Positions 40,201 to 49,300 of a DNA stretch of 64,000 bases are shown one piece after another. Where the stretch lies: the IMG/VR virus record IMGVR_UViG_3300028048_001452. One strand, written 5' to 3'. A program made the translations under genes and the position numbers. Source of the DNA: a virus (taxonomy: Duplodnaviria > Caudoviricetes). The first letter of the stretch is position 1; every line of letters starts with the position of its first letter. The notes under the pieces were generated by a model that was given only the letters and a program-made list of their open reading frames with translations, ran no database searches and was not told the DNA's origin.

Positions 40201-40315
40201 ACCAGATGTGTTTTCTGAAGCACCATATAAAACTCCTAGTGAAACGTGTGATATAGAATTGTTTAAAGTAGATTCATTTGGAACAAAAACAGTAATCAAA
40301 GCAGAAAGTATGTGA
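37289..40315 (+). CDS. Baseplate wedge (gpI-like) fused to an N-terminal glycoside-hydrolase-like barrel
   Basis: YLSTAHGDAIYNNFG..SEEQYR..TKPAHT (gpI-like); N-terminal YWQIMTTPE..KIGGPG..IDFFSF..YGIL..KPAY resembles GH-A clan. Confidence 0.55.
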   Translation: MKTGIRFTCLKNGDNLLGQNWEYKGKTGVEAIQEKLNTMFYLVDDLSIDYIIDTLYIGKGSANDLYLPNTGINGDLWPVIERLQQYQQLSSKYNKKILIELEFPTDVTEYNYQQYAQYAVDVIGKFPFISYWQIMTTPEAINKVTNEYKCPPGLYVQIIKYIADIVHTNLKNVKIGGPGSFDAINEYVNSAYKNSDKQVFHTGWLAEATGELYGTNTKYDNTEKAGILPYIDFFSFQGDTSTGKFTYDTLYFVVQKLKTGLVEQANRSGISFNVPFLSTKQGHMADIKSKNDLELQAYRDLKEYMVDFVSEVIPFKTQLVDEYFDEKDKNTIKNVYGILYYYMNKAQKPAYQQFQFVLNKLSEYNSILKDEMMIKAKRPYDELEGDVQSVMFINDKQDKVLTVIYPIAERNTLPGNTSFSTVTLTPALNRIVYLPNGNSVTITNPTDVNFKNYDFIIVEENVVIDTVDKEDLQQTLDLKLNFYNTYIKRLLDMVPDDYNKEVYDTNFYNLIRAVGIEFGDMRYEMKMLQDNYYLSTAHGDAIYNNFGAIIGVRWKKKWSEEQYRTAVSGIIDALFHGANKPSMEKAIKAYTGYDVKIYELFEDYAHYGIPKELNWDNQYRFTVEVQKNIDDETDISDAYEDVKEAIDLTKPAHTLPIIMIVLVGEENYRDWYKQKYGIDFSQSDINENELMKFSESNRYGWKSLGYDWVLESDSDHFKKINDVFPIAPRYTLYDRYTLDYLQKFKQNVPKPKDELYAELISWYQDEYDRTVLDTMKALIEMEFKEAKYGIKPTATELTLKTNGGLQYDKDGNIIGCEKRKTMSHRYGFRYALYDDMWLLYEYFGEEKYLIVKDAEMSAELIKKLYEKFHKPIEEYNAHLESSYYELKFGLVPNSPYTLMTYKLNPRNRTNRKLNKHRYAVKNRLLDEVTDVILDNIETINHPTIISSISDKKTLSEKVSITPTDSISLNYTPDVFSEAPYKTPSETCDIELFKVDSFGTKTVIKAESM

Positions 40316-40322
40316 TGAACGA

Positions 40323-40982
40323 ATGTATATTTTATTTGATATAGGACAAGAAAATGCTACTTCATATTCCGATACTGTTAAACCATTTACAACAGGGATT
40401 AAAGTAGATGATATATCAGGTTTAAAAAAAGAAATTGAAGAAATTAGTTATGTTAATAAAACACAAAATGGGAAACAATTATATATAGATAAATTTGGTA
40501 TGCCTACAGTAGATAGTAGAGACGCAGAACCATATAAAGAAAAAGTTGTTACGAAAGAAATAATTGATTTTTCACATTATCCACATAAATTTACTAGAAT
40601 AGATGTAATGAAATATAAACAAAGTTTGCTTCTGGAAGAATATAAAGCAGATGAATGTTTTATGTATGAATTTAATTTAAATAATTTTGTTGATATGAAA
40701 CTATCTCAAAATATTCAAGTGTTACAAGACGATGTAGAATTGTTTAAAAATGGTTATTTAAAAACAAAAGCAATTAATATTAAAGGTTATAAAAATTTTT
40801 CTATTTTAGTCGATTCCAAAGATAAAGTAGACTGTTATTATTCATATAATGGAGAAAATTTTGCAAAAGCAAAAAAGAATAATGTTATTGTAGATGAAGC
40901 AGACACAATAATGTTGGGATTTAAAAATAAAGTAGATAATGATAATATGGTTTATGGTTATCAATTATTATTAAAGAAATAA
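40323..40982 (+). CDS. Hypothetical structural protein
   Basis: Operon context. Confidence 0.65.
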   Translation: MYILFDIGQENATSYSDTVKPFTTGIKVDDISGLKKEIEEISYVNKTQNGKQLYIDKFGMPTVDSRDAEPYKEKVVTKEIIDFSHYPHKFTRIDVMKYKQSLLLEEYKADECFMYEFNLNNFVDMKLSQNIQVLQDDVELFKNGYLKTKAINIKGYKNFSILVDSKDKVDCYYSYNGENFAKAKKNNVIVDEADTIMLGFKNKVDNDNMVYGYQLLLKK

Positions 40983-41037
40983 GCTATATTTTGAAACTTT
41001 AATAATATTGTTTAGATAGAGAACAAAAACGAAAGGA

Positions 41038-43041
41038 ATGAATAATTATATGTCAGGTGGTCCTTTAATAGATTATAATCCAACCTTCATGCAACCAGTA
41101 AAAGGTTCATTCCAATATGATACGCATTTTGTAGCTTTAAATGTTGGTACAGATGCGTATGTTACAGAACGTGAAGTAAATGAATTACAATGGATACAAA
41201 CTGAAAAAGCTGCTGAAGCATTGAGACAAATAGCTTATAGTGGTGTTCTTACAATAGATGATGATAGTAATTTTAAAAAATGTTTTAAAATTATTAATAA
41301 TGATAAAGACCATTTAAATGGTTTTGAATTACCTCCTTTTGATACAATATGTAATGGTTATATTACACATCATGAACTTTATAATGGAACAAAAAAGAAA
41401 AATATACCTGTTCGATTGCCAAATCCACCAATTACAGGATTTAGACATGATTTTGTTTATATCGAATTTTGGTTTGCAGAATTAAAAGAGAAAGATAAAG
41501 TTCCAAAATTTGGATATAACATAAATGATTCGATGGATTATAATATCATTGATGAACGAATTAACGATGAAACATCAAGACGCATTCAATTACAATGGAC
41601 AATTTCACATTATGAGGATTATGATGATTGGTGTGATAAAGGATTTATTAAACCAAATGGTCAACCAAATGAAAAAATCCATCCATTAGCTCAAACAGGT
41701 TATTTAGATAGGACATCACATTATGAGCCTGTTGATTATGACCCATATTTATATCGTGCAGGTAATGGGTTATCTCCGAAACAGAAAATTCATACTGTAG
41801 ATGGCTATATTTATGCAATCCCATTATTCAATATTTTTAGACGTAATAATGATACATATTCTGCTGCGGTCAATCCTTATGGTGGTCCAGATTATGTAGC
41901 AGGTAAAACAATTACAGTTAAACGTCCTGATGGTAAATATTCCAACATTATTTATGATGATGACATAAAAGATTTGCGTCATTTATCTCCAATGAGTGAA
42001 AAGCAATATAATAAAATTTATATTACACTCACAGAATATTATAATAATGAAACAATTTTACGTAACAAGCTCTTGAATATGACAGAACAATATAAAAATG
42101 AAAGAGAAATGCTACGCAATTATGATATAGACCTCCCATCTATTCATGATAAAGAAATTTATGGTCATGAAATGTATCATCAATGGGGACTAACTAATGG
42201 TGCAGGATTTGACCCATTAGACAAAGACAGAAAAATTGTATATAAAAAACACATTAAATATTATGTAGGTCAAAGATTAAAAAACAAAAACTATTGTGTT
42301 TTACCAACATTGATTGATTACGATGCAGAAGATGAAGGTTCATTAGGTGATTTTTATATTCAAAAAATGCCTAATAAATTCCGTTTTTATAATACAGGTG
42401 CTAAAAATTTACGAATGAATTTTGAAACATTACTTATTGATGATGATATGGTACGAAGTGGCGTAAATGTATTTAGTGGTATGGACGGTACTCCAATTAA
42501 TATGCCATTTAAATTAGATTCTGATAGATATTTTGTACAGATTACACCGCTTGACAATACAAATGGTAGAAATGGTGAAATTTTTGTTAAATTTGTAGAA
42601 AAGCAAATTTATGTATATAATACAGGTTTGTCAACAAGTACATTAACAGGTTCAGTTACATCTACTGTTGGCAATAAATTCCAATGGGTAGTCATTGATA
42701 TGCAACATCCAAATTGGAAGAATATTGACCGTGTACTTGTTACATTAAATGGTCATGATGGTGTAGAAGTGGCTTCACATGAATATGGAGAAAAATACCG
42801 TTTGACGTTAGGTACTCCAATTATTGATTCTTCTATGGTAGTTGAACAAGGTTCAATTGGTGAAACATTTGCAGATGTTGATGAAGATAATTTATTTACT
42901 GTATATAATACAGGTACAACAGGAGCACAAGTTCAATGTTTAATTTTTGACGATATAGATTACGTTGATTTTTATGATACATTGAAAACAACACAAGTTG
43001 TAGATGTTGATGATATTAAAAATATTGTAGTAAATGAATAA
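41038..43041 (+). CDS. Baseplate/tail-fibre protein, paralog of the 46313-49948 N-terminus
   Basis: E.NE.Q.IQ, VY.E.WF, DETS.R, YIYA.P.F.I.RRN and RPD motifs shared with 46313; repeated F.VYNTG units in the C-terminus. Confidence 0.6.
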   Translation: MNNYMSGGPLIDYNPTFMQPVKGSFQYDTHFVALNVGTDAYVTEREVNELQWIQTEKAAEALRQIAYSGVLTIDDDSNFKKCFKIINNDKDHLNGFELPPFDTICNGYITHHELYNGTKKKNIPVRLPNPPITGFRHDFVYIEFWFAELKEKDKVPKFGYNINDSMDYNIIDERINDETSRRIQLQWTISHYEDYDDWCDKGFIKPNGQPNEKIHPLAQTGYLDRTSHYEPVDYDPYLYRAGNGLSPKQKIHTVDGYIYAIPLFNIFRRNNDTYSAAVNPYGGPDYVAGKTITVKRPDGKYSNIIYDDDIKDLRHLSPMSEKQYNKIYITLTEYYNNETILRNKLLNMTEQYKNEREMLRNYDIDLPSIHDKEIYGHEMYHQWGLTNGAGFDPLDKDRKIVYKKHIKYYVGQRLKNKNYCVLPTLIDYDAEDEGSLGDFYIQKMPNKFRFYNTGAKNLRMNFETLLIDDDMVRSGVNVFSGMDGTPINMPFKLDSDRYFVQITPLDNTNGRNGEIFVKFVEKQIYVYNTGLSTSTLTGSVTSTVGNKFQWVVIDMQHPNWKNIDRVLVTLNGHDGVEVASHEYGEKYRLTLGTPIIDSSMVVEQGSIGETFADVDEDNLFTVYNTGTTGAQVQCLIFDDIDYVDFYDTLKTTQVVDVDDIKNIVVNE

Positions 43042-43058
43042 AAGGAGAGAATATCATA

Positions 43059-43709
43059 ATGAATTTAAATGAGAAATATATGAAACCGATTAAAGGACAA
43101 ATCACTATGATTGCTCATAAGGGTGGTCATTTTGAAAATGGTAAATTAGTTGGTGGAGAAATTATTGATACAGAAACAATTCAAAATTTGATTGTTAATA
43201 GTGCTTCTGTATTAATGGCAGAGAGAATGGCTCCGGGTGCTATTACAGGTGCTACAAATCCTGCTTTCCAAGGTAATTTTGCTTCAAAAGGTTTACAGTA
43301 TCTTGCTTTAGGTGTTGGTATCTTAAAAGATAAGACAAAGCCTTATGACGAAAAAACAAATAATGTAGATAGAACTTTATGGGATTTACAAGACCCTCCT
43401 GTTGAAACATTAACAGAAACAAAATTAGTTGGAGAATTTTATCGCAAGCGTTTTACTACATGGTGTTTCGTTGACGCAGCAGGAAACGAAACAAATACTG
43501 CTACAAATATTTTAAAACTTACTACAACATTCCTAGAAAACGAAGCAAATGGTCCTATTACAGAAATGGGTATTTATGGTGGAGATGCACAAGAATGGAA
43601 TGCTGGTGCAGGAAAAGATACAGGTATACTTTTTAATTTAAAAAGGTTGAAGGTATGGAATAAGACATCCGACTCAAGACTCACAATAGTATGGAAGATT
43701 ACATTCTAA
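43059..43709 (+). CDS. Baseplate/tail-fibre attachment protein
   Basis: NLIVN, YLALGVG, EANGPITEMGIYG, LTIVWKITF pattern typical of tail-fibre/baseplate N-terminal domains. Confidence 0.55.
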   Translation: MNLNEKYMKPIKGQITMIAHKGGHFENGKLVGGEIIDTETIQNLIVNSASVLMAERMAPGAITGATNPAFQGNFASKGLQYLALGVGILKDKTKPYDEKTNNVDRTLWDLQDPPVETLTETKLVGEFYRKRFTTWCFVDAAGNETNTATNILKLTTTFLENEANGPITEMGIYGGDAQEWNAGAGKDTGILFNLKRLKVWNKTSDSRLTIVWKITF

Positions 43710-43841
43710 TATAATTTATATTAAAAAAAGATGTATGTAAAATATCAATGCTAATTAGATAAGAGATTTTCAATCTCTAAAGCCACATAACTAGCATTGG
43801 AATCCTGAAAGCCCATTTAGTTAAGGCAATAGAAAACAAAC

Positions 43842-43887
43842 AAAGACCTATCGATAGAAAAATCTGTTCGGTAGGTCTTTTTCTTTT
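43842..43887 (+). terminator. Intrinsic terminator (possibly bidirectional)
   Basis: AAAGACCTATCGA...TCGGTAGGTCTTT plus T run. Confidence 0.7.
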
Positions 43888-44103
43888 GCTATATCAGAGC
43901 ATGATGATATGGTTGGATTCATTCAGCCAACCTTAAATAGAGATATTCAGTTATATCTTTCTACGGTCGTTAATCTGGAATTTCACCACATGACACTTTA
44001 TCTTCTCAAACTGCTTGAAATCCCAACGCTGATACATTGTTTTCGGAGACAGACCGCCTGTAACAATTTGTGCAGAAAATACCATTTTAATGTTACTTTA
44101 TAG

Positions 44104-44132
44104 TTGCATTTACAACATTATAGTAGTATAAT
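44104..44132 (+). promoter_or_regulatory. sigma70/sigmaA promoter of the MTase
   Basis: TTGCAT-17 bp-TATAAT. Confidence 0.7.
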
Positions 44133-44151
44133 TACTAATAGATAGTGATAC

Positions 44152-44243
44152 TATAGTGGTACTTATTTGCTTGTCAGAAGATAGGCGTATTTCTTTACTC
44201 TCGGAGTACCACTATACCGTTACTTTGTAAGAAAGGACGTAAC
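44152..44243 (+). promoter_or_regulatory. Structured 5' leader of the MTase mRNA
   Basis: Perfect 12-bp IR TATAGTGGTACT/AGTACCACTATA enclosing GCTTGTC-AGAA-GATAGGC; GTTAC/GTAAC stem enclosing the RBS. Confidence 0.5.
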
Positions 44244-44250
44244 AGTATAT

Positions 44251-46281
44251 ATGTCAACAAATGCAAATCTTCACAAAGCAAAAGATGCGAAGAATGATGA
44301 GTTCTATACTCAGCTCACAGATGTATCAAAGGAGCTGATGCATTATAGGCAGCACTTTAAGGATAAGACCGTACTCTGTAATTGTGATGACCCCACTTTG
44401 TCAGCATTTTGGAAATATTTCCATCTGAACTTCTCAGCTCTTGGTCTTAAGAAACTAATTTCCACTCATTATGATAAAACTCAACCTACCTATAAGATGG
44501 AATACACAGGTGGCAATGACAATGATATTGAGGTCGGTGTAAAGACCTCGTTAGAGGGTAATGGTGACTTCCGTAATCAAGAATGTCTTGACATTTTGGA
44601 CGAGGCAGATATTGTCGTAACGAACCCGCCTTTCAGTTGCTACTCCAGTGACACAGAGGTTATGACAGATAATGGCTGGAAACTTATCAAAGATGTTGAT
44701 ATTTCAAAAGACATCATTATGTCCTTAAATCCTGATACGAAAAATATTGAAATGGTCAAGGCTGTTGATTATATCAAAAATCCCGTTAATGGTGAACTCT
44801 ACAATTATCATACAAGGCATATGGATTTTTGTGTCACAGGCAACCATAGAATGTATGCAGAGTATAGAAACTGTAATGGTGAGAATGTAAGTATTCCTTT
44901 TGTAAATGCAGAGGATGTAAAGAAATCTTATATGTTGCCATTGGCAGGTTTTTCATGGTCAGGTAAAGATGAAAAATATTTTATTTTACCTGCAACAACA
45001 CAACTTGAGCAGTATTCCAGAAAAGAAATAACTGTACCGGAAAAGAAAATTCTTATGGAAGACTGGCTTGAGTTTTTCGGATTTTATATTGCTGATGGTT
45101 GTTATAGAAACCACATAAACTCTTATGGCAAAAGAGATTATACTATTTCTATCAAACAGAATAAGGATAATGAAAAATATGTACTGAATCTGATTAAAAA
45201 ACTTGGCTATAAGGTTGAAATAAGCCGAGGAAGTACAGATTCGAACAATAACTATAACATCTATTCCAAACAGTTATGGGAGTATTTGTCGCAATTTGGT
45301 CGTAGTACTGAAAAATATATTCCCCGTGAATTTCTGGATTTGGACACAAAATATTTAATGGCGTTATACAAAGGATATACAAATGGAGACAGCTCTTTAT
45401 GTGCAGACGGACATACACATTTTTCAACAACATCTATTCGGCTTATAGAAAACATACAGGAAATAATCTTAAAGATTTTTGGCAGGGTTGTGCAATATCA
45501 TAAGTATACCAAAAAACACTCTTATGATGATAATTATGGTGTTTGTTATAGCATCAACTTAACTATTGATAAAAACAGGGACAATTATAGTAGGTATGGA
45601 GTAGCTGAAAAAGTTCCTTATAATGACAATGTTTATTGCCTTACACTCGAAAAGAACCATATTATGCTTGTAAGACATAATGGTAAGATAGGTTGGTGTG
45701 GCAATTGTTTTCGTGAGTATGTGGCTGTTCTGATGGAGCATGAGAAAAAGTTTTTGATTATCGGAAGTCTTAATGCTGTAAAGTATAGCGAATGCTTTCC
45801 ATTTATTATGAACAATCAAATGTGGCTTGGGAATAACAATGTTCATAACTTCATGCAACCTGATGGTACTGTGAAAAAATTCGGAAATATAAATTGGTAT
45901 ACGAATTTAGATTTCGCAAAAAGACACGAAAAGATAATTTTGCGGAAAGAATACAATGATAAGGAATATCCTAAGTATGAAACCTATGATGCTATTGAGG
46001 TATCAAAAGTTACTAATATCCCTGTTAATTATAATGGAATAATGGGTGTCCCTATATCGTTTATGAGTAAATATAATCCTGAACAGTTTGAAATTGTTGG
46101 CGAATTTAATCATGGTTCTGACAATATTTTTGATTTAGCAAAACCAATTATAAATGGGAAAGAATTGTATCCTCGTATAGCGATTAGACGCTTGACATCC
46201 TCCCCCACCTCTTTAGGTGGGGGAGGATGTCAATTTAATTGCGATAAAAGAATTATATATTTATATTTTTATATTAGATGA
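44251..46281 (+). CDS. Adenine-specific DNA methyltransferase (M.EcoRI-like family), intein-containing
   Basis: KNDEFYT, CNCDDP, GDFR, DIVVTNPPF, MGVPISF. Confidence 0.9.
   Translation: MSTNANLHKAKDAKNDEFYTQLTDVSKELMHYRQHFKDKTVLCNCDDPTLSAFWKYFHLNFSALGLKKLISTHYDKTQPTYKMEYTGGNDNDIEVGVKTSLEGNGDFRNQECLDILDEADIVVTNPPFSCYSSDTEVMTDNGWKLIKDVDISKDIIMSLNPDTKNIEMVKAVDYIKNPVNGELYNYHTRHMDFCVTGNHRMYAEYRNCNGENVSIPFVNAEDVKKSYMLPLAGFSWSGKDEKYFILPATTQLEQYSRKEITVPEKKILMEDWLEFFGFYIADGCYRNHINSYGKRDYTISIKQNKDNEKYVLNLIKKLGYKVEISRGSTDSNNNYNIYSKQLWEYLSQFGRSTEKYIPREFLDLDTKYLMALYKGYTNGDSSLCADGHTHFSTTSIRLIENIQEIILKIFGRVVQYHKYTKKHSYDDNYGVCYSINLTIDKNRDNYSRYGVAEKVPYNDNVYCLTLEKNHIMLVRHNGKIGWCGNCFREYVAVLMEHEKKFLIIGSLNAVKYSECFPFIMNNQMWLGNNNVHNFMQPDGTVKKFGNINWYTNLDFAKRHEKIILRKEYNDKEYPKYETYDAIEVSKVTNIPVNYNGIMGVPISFMSKYNPEQFEIVGEFNHGSDNIFDLAKPIINGKELYPRIAIRRLTSSPTSLGGGGCQFNCDKRIIYLYFYIR
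44638..45705 (+). mobile_element. Intein with LAGLIDADG endonuclease (356 aa)
   Basis: Starts C(YSSDTEV) after NPPFS; block B VTGNHRM; FFGFYIADG; ends VYCL..WCGN with Cys at +1. Confidence 0.9.
46192..46233. repeat. Perfect 19-bp inverted repeat resembling IS200/IS605 ends (PATE/REP-like remnant)
   Basis: TTGACATCCTCCCCCACCT-CTTT-AGGTGGGGGAGGATGTCAA; GC-rich in an AT-rich context; each strand ends in TCAA. Confidence 0.75.
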
Positions 46282-46284
46282 TAA
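46262..46284 (+). promoter_or_regulatory. Candidate late-promoter motif
   Basis: TATATTTTTATATTAGATGATAA. Confidence 0.45.
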
Positions 46285-46312
46285 AATTTTTGAAAAGGAG
46301 AAGTGAAGCACG

Positions 46313-49300
46313 TTGGAATATTTCGATAAATTCTCCAATTATGATAAACGTTCTAGTTTTCAACAAGTACGTTTTGGTCATGATAAACCAATTCTTGAAA
46401 CAGAATTAAATGAAATACAACAAATACAAGATAATATGCGTACAGAAGTTGTTCGCAGACATATATATAGTGGGTTTACGGAATTAACAAAAAAAGAATT
46501 TACAGGTGAACCAATTATTTATAATCCAACTGAAAATGGATTAACTTTAACAAACAAAATAGCTATTGCTCCATTTAAAGCAAATATATTGGGTTATACA
46601 TTAAATGGAGAAGGAAATTTTACATATGATAAACATGATAACTACGTGTTAGTTGACTTGGGTGAATCGCCAAAAAATAGTGAAAAAGATTCGTTAGTGT
46701 ATTTAGAAGTATGGTTTGAGGTTGTAAAAGGTACAGATTCCATAACAAAGTATGGATATATTAATGGAGATATAATTGGTACACCTGCAAAAGATAGTAG
46801 AGTTGGTGATGAAACATCACAAAGATTGGCTATGTTTTGGACAATACGTGTAGCAAATGAAGTGGATTTTGATAAATATCCTGAAGGATTAGGGTATATA
46901 GATATTTTTAATTTTTCACATATATTTGCTAGAGCAAACGGTCAATTAAATAAATTAAGCAATGTTAATATATCTTTTTGTGAAGCTACGAATGATTTAT
47001 TTAGAAATGAGGAATTTCATAATGATAAAAATTTATATGTAGCAGGTAGACCGACATATGAAATAAATTCTTCCACATTATATGGAAAATATATTTACGC
47101 TTTACCAATGTTCCGTATACGTAGAAGGAATACAACTCAATACTCTTTACGTAATTTTAATGGTTCTGAGTCATATAACAATATGGTAATCAATAATAAT
47201 AGTTCTGTATCTGGTGATTTAATTGCTGGATATAGACCTGATAGATTAGCATATGATGTTATAGACGTAAATGATGTAATAGATATAAGAAAATCCGTAA
47301 GTTATGCTGATTATAATGAAAATAGTATGGCAGATAAAACAATTAGTCAATTGTTTGATGCAACATTACAAACAAAAGAACCAAAAAAAATGAGACGTGT
47401 TCAAATAGGAAACACAACGTTACCATATAAACATGTTGAAAATGCTAGTATGGTTGTTTTGTTTAATAAAACCATTCATGATACATTACCAGGAAATGCT
47501 TTATCAACAGATAATACATCTATTCGTTATGAAGATTCCGTATGTGGCATGGGCGCAGTTTTTGATGGTTCAAATTATGCATTATATGATGTGCAAAATT
47601 GCTTGAATGTTAATAACGGTACATTAGACTTTTATTTTAAACCAAATTGGAATGGTTGTGACGAAGAAGTATATAATCAAATTATTTGCTTAAAAAATTC
47701 TAGTCAGCAACCGATTTTAGTATTAGAGAAAAAAGGATTACAATTATTATTAACTAGAGTTTATGATTATGATGCTACTAAAAAAACAATTAAAAATGGT
47801 GCTACTGCATATGTTGACTTGTCGAATACTTTATTAAAAGCAAATCAAAATTATCATTTTAGAATTTCATGGACAGATAAAGCTATGCCAATTAACGGTA
47901 TGATTTATCTATATTTAAATGGTAGATTAATAGCACAGGCAGAAACATATAAAACAAAAGATATAGCAAAATGGCTTGTTATTGGTGGAGATGCCAATTC
48001 TACTACAGGATTTGTTATAAGTGATTTAATTGGTTATAAAAAGAATTTTGAAATATTGGTAATGCAAGGTTCTTCTTATGGATATGCAAAAAATAATTTC
48101 TGGCCTATGTTACCAAAAGATTTTGTATATGGTGATACACTATTATTGCCTGGTTTTAATGGATTGACTAATAATTTTGGAGATAATGGTTATACGCAAA
48201 CACAGGTTACAATGGAACTTTCACCAGATTCTAATATATCAAATGGTAAACATTTTAAATTCCATGTATCATCTGATAAACGTATTATTAGTATAAATAA
48301 AGTTTATAATTACGAAGATGAAAAACTTTATACTTATAAAACAAATTATGAGGTTTTTATTAATGGTGTAGCAACAAATAATCAGGCTGGTCAACCAATT
48401 TATTACGGTAATGAAGTGGATATAACATTCCAAACTGCTTATGCTTCTGTTAATAAAATTGTTGTTGAAGCTACAATTCAATTAAATACAGGTTGTGGTG
48501 GTCAGGATTGTCCAAAAGAAATATTAAGTGCAGGATTTATGGCTTATGATGATGAATCAGATAATTATGATTATAAACTAAACATCATTAATGAAGTGTC
48601 TTTTAATGCAGAAGGAGAAATACCTAGACAAATTCCGTGGCTTAAACCTCGTAAAGTAAATGGAGAGGTAGATAAGGCATATGATATTTCTAACAAAGTG
48701 CGCACACAGACACAATGTTATGCTAGATTGATATATTATAATATGTCAGGAAATGGTACGGTTAAATATGATATACCTATGCAAGTATATGGATATAAAG
48801 TAGTTGGTGTAATTGGATGTAGCTCTATTGGAGACATTGATTATGTATATCGTACACCTTCAGAAATCCCTGATGAACCGGAACAGTATATTACTGTAAT
48901 ATTGAAAAAAGCATTATTGGTTGGTGAAACAATAACATTTACATTGGCTACTGAAGGATATTCATTTGATTATGATTTAAATTCAAAAACAATTTGCACA
49001 AATATGTATCAATGTAAAAATTTAGTATTTGTCGCAGATGGTAAAAAATCTGTATTTACAAAGCCTTGTATGTCAAATGCAGATGAAGTTATGCATGGTG
49101 GTATATTAAAATCTGTATTTTCTGCATTAATACAACAATCTAATGGTAAGTATAAAAATGTATATCAATGCTATGAAGATAGTCAAGTGTTTTATAATGA
49201 AGATGGTGAACCAACAGACCAAAAGCGTTTGAATACTCATAACATTACTGTATCAGGATTTAATACACCTTTTATAACAGTAAATATTGGGGAAATATTA

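Noticed and set aside
43909-44103. 64-aa + strand ORF
   Set aside because: No clear RBS or domain; more likely non-coding or the shadow of a minus-strand remnant
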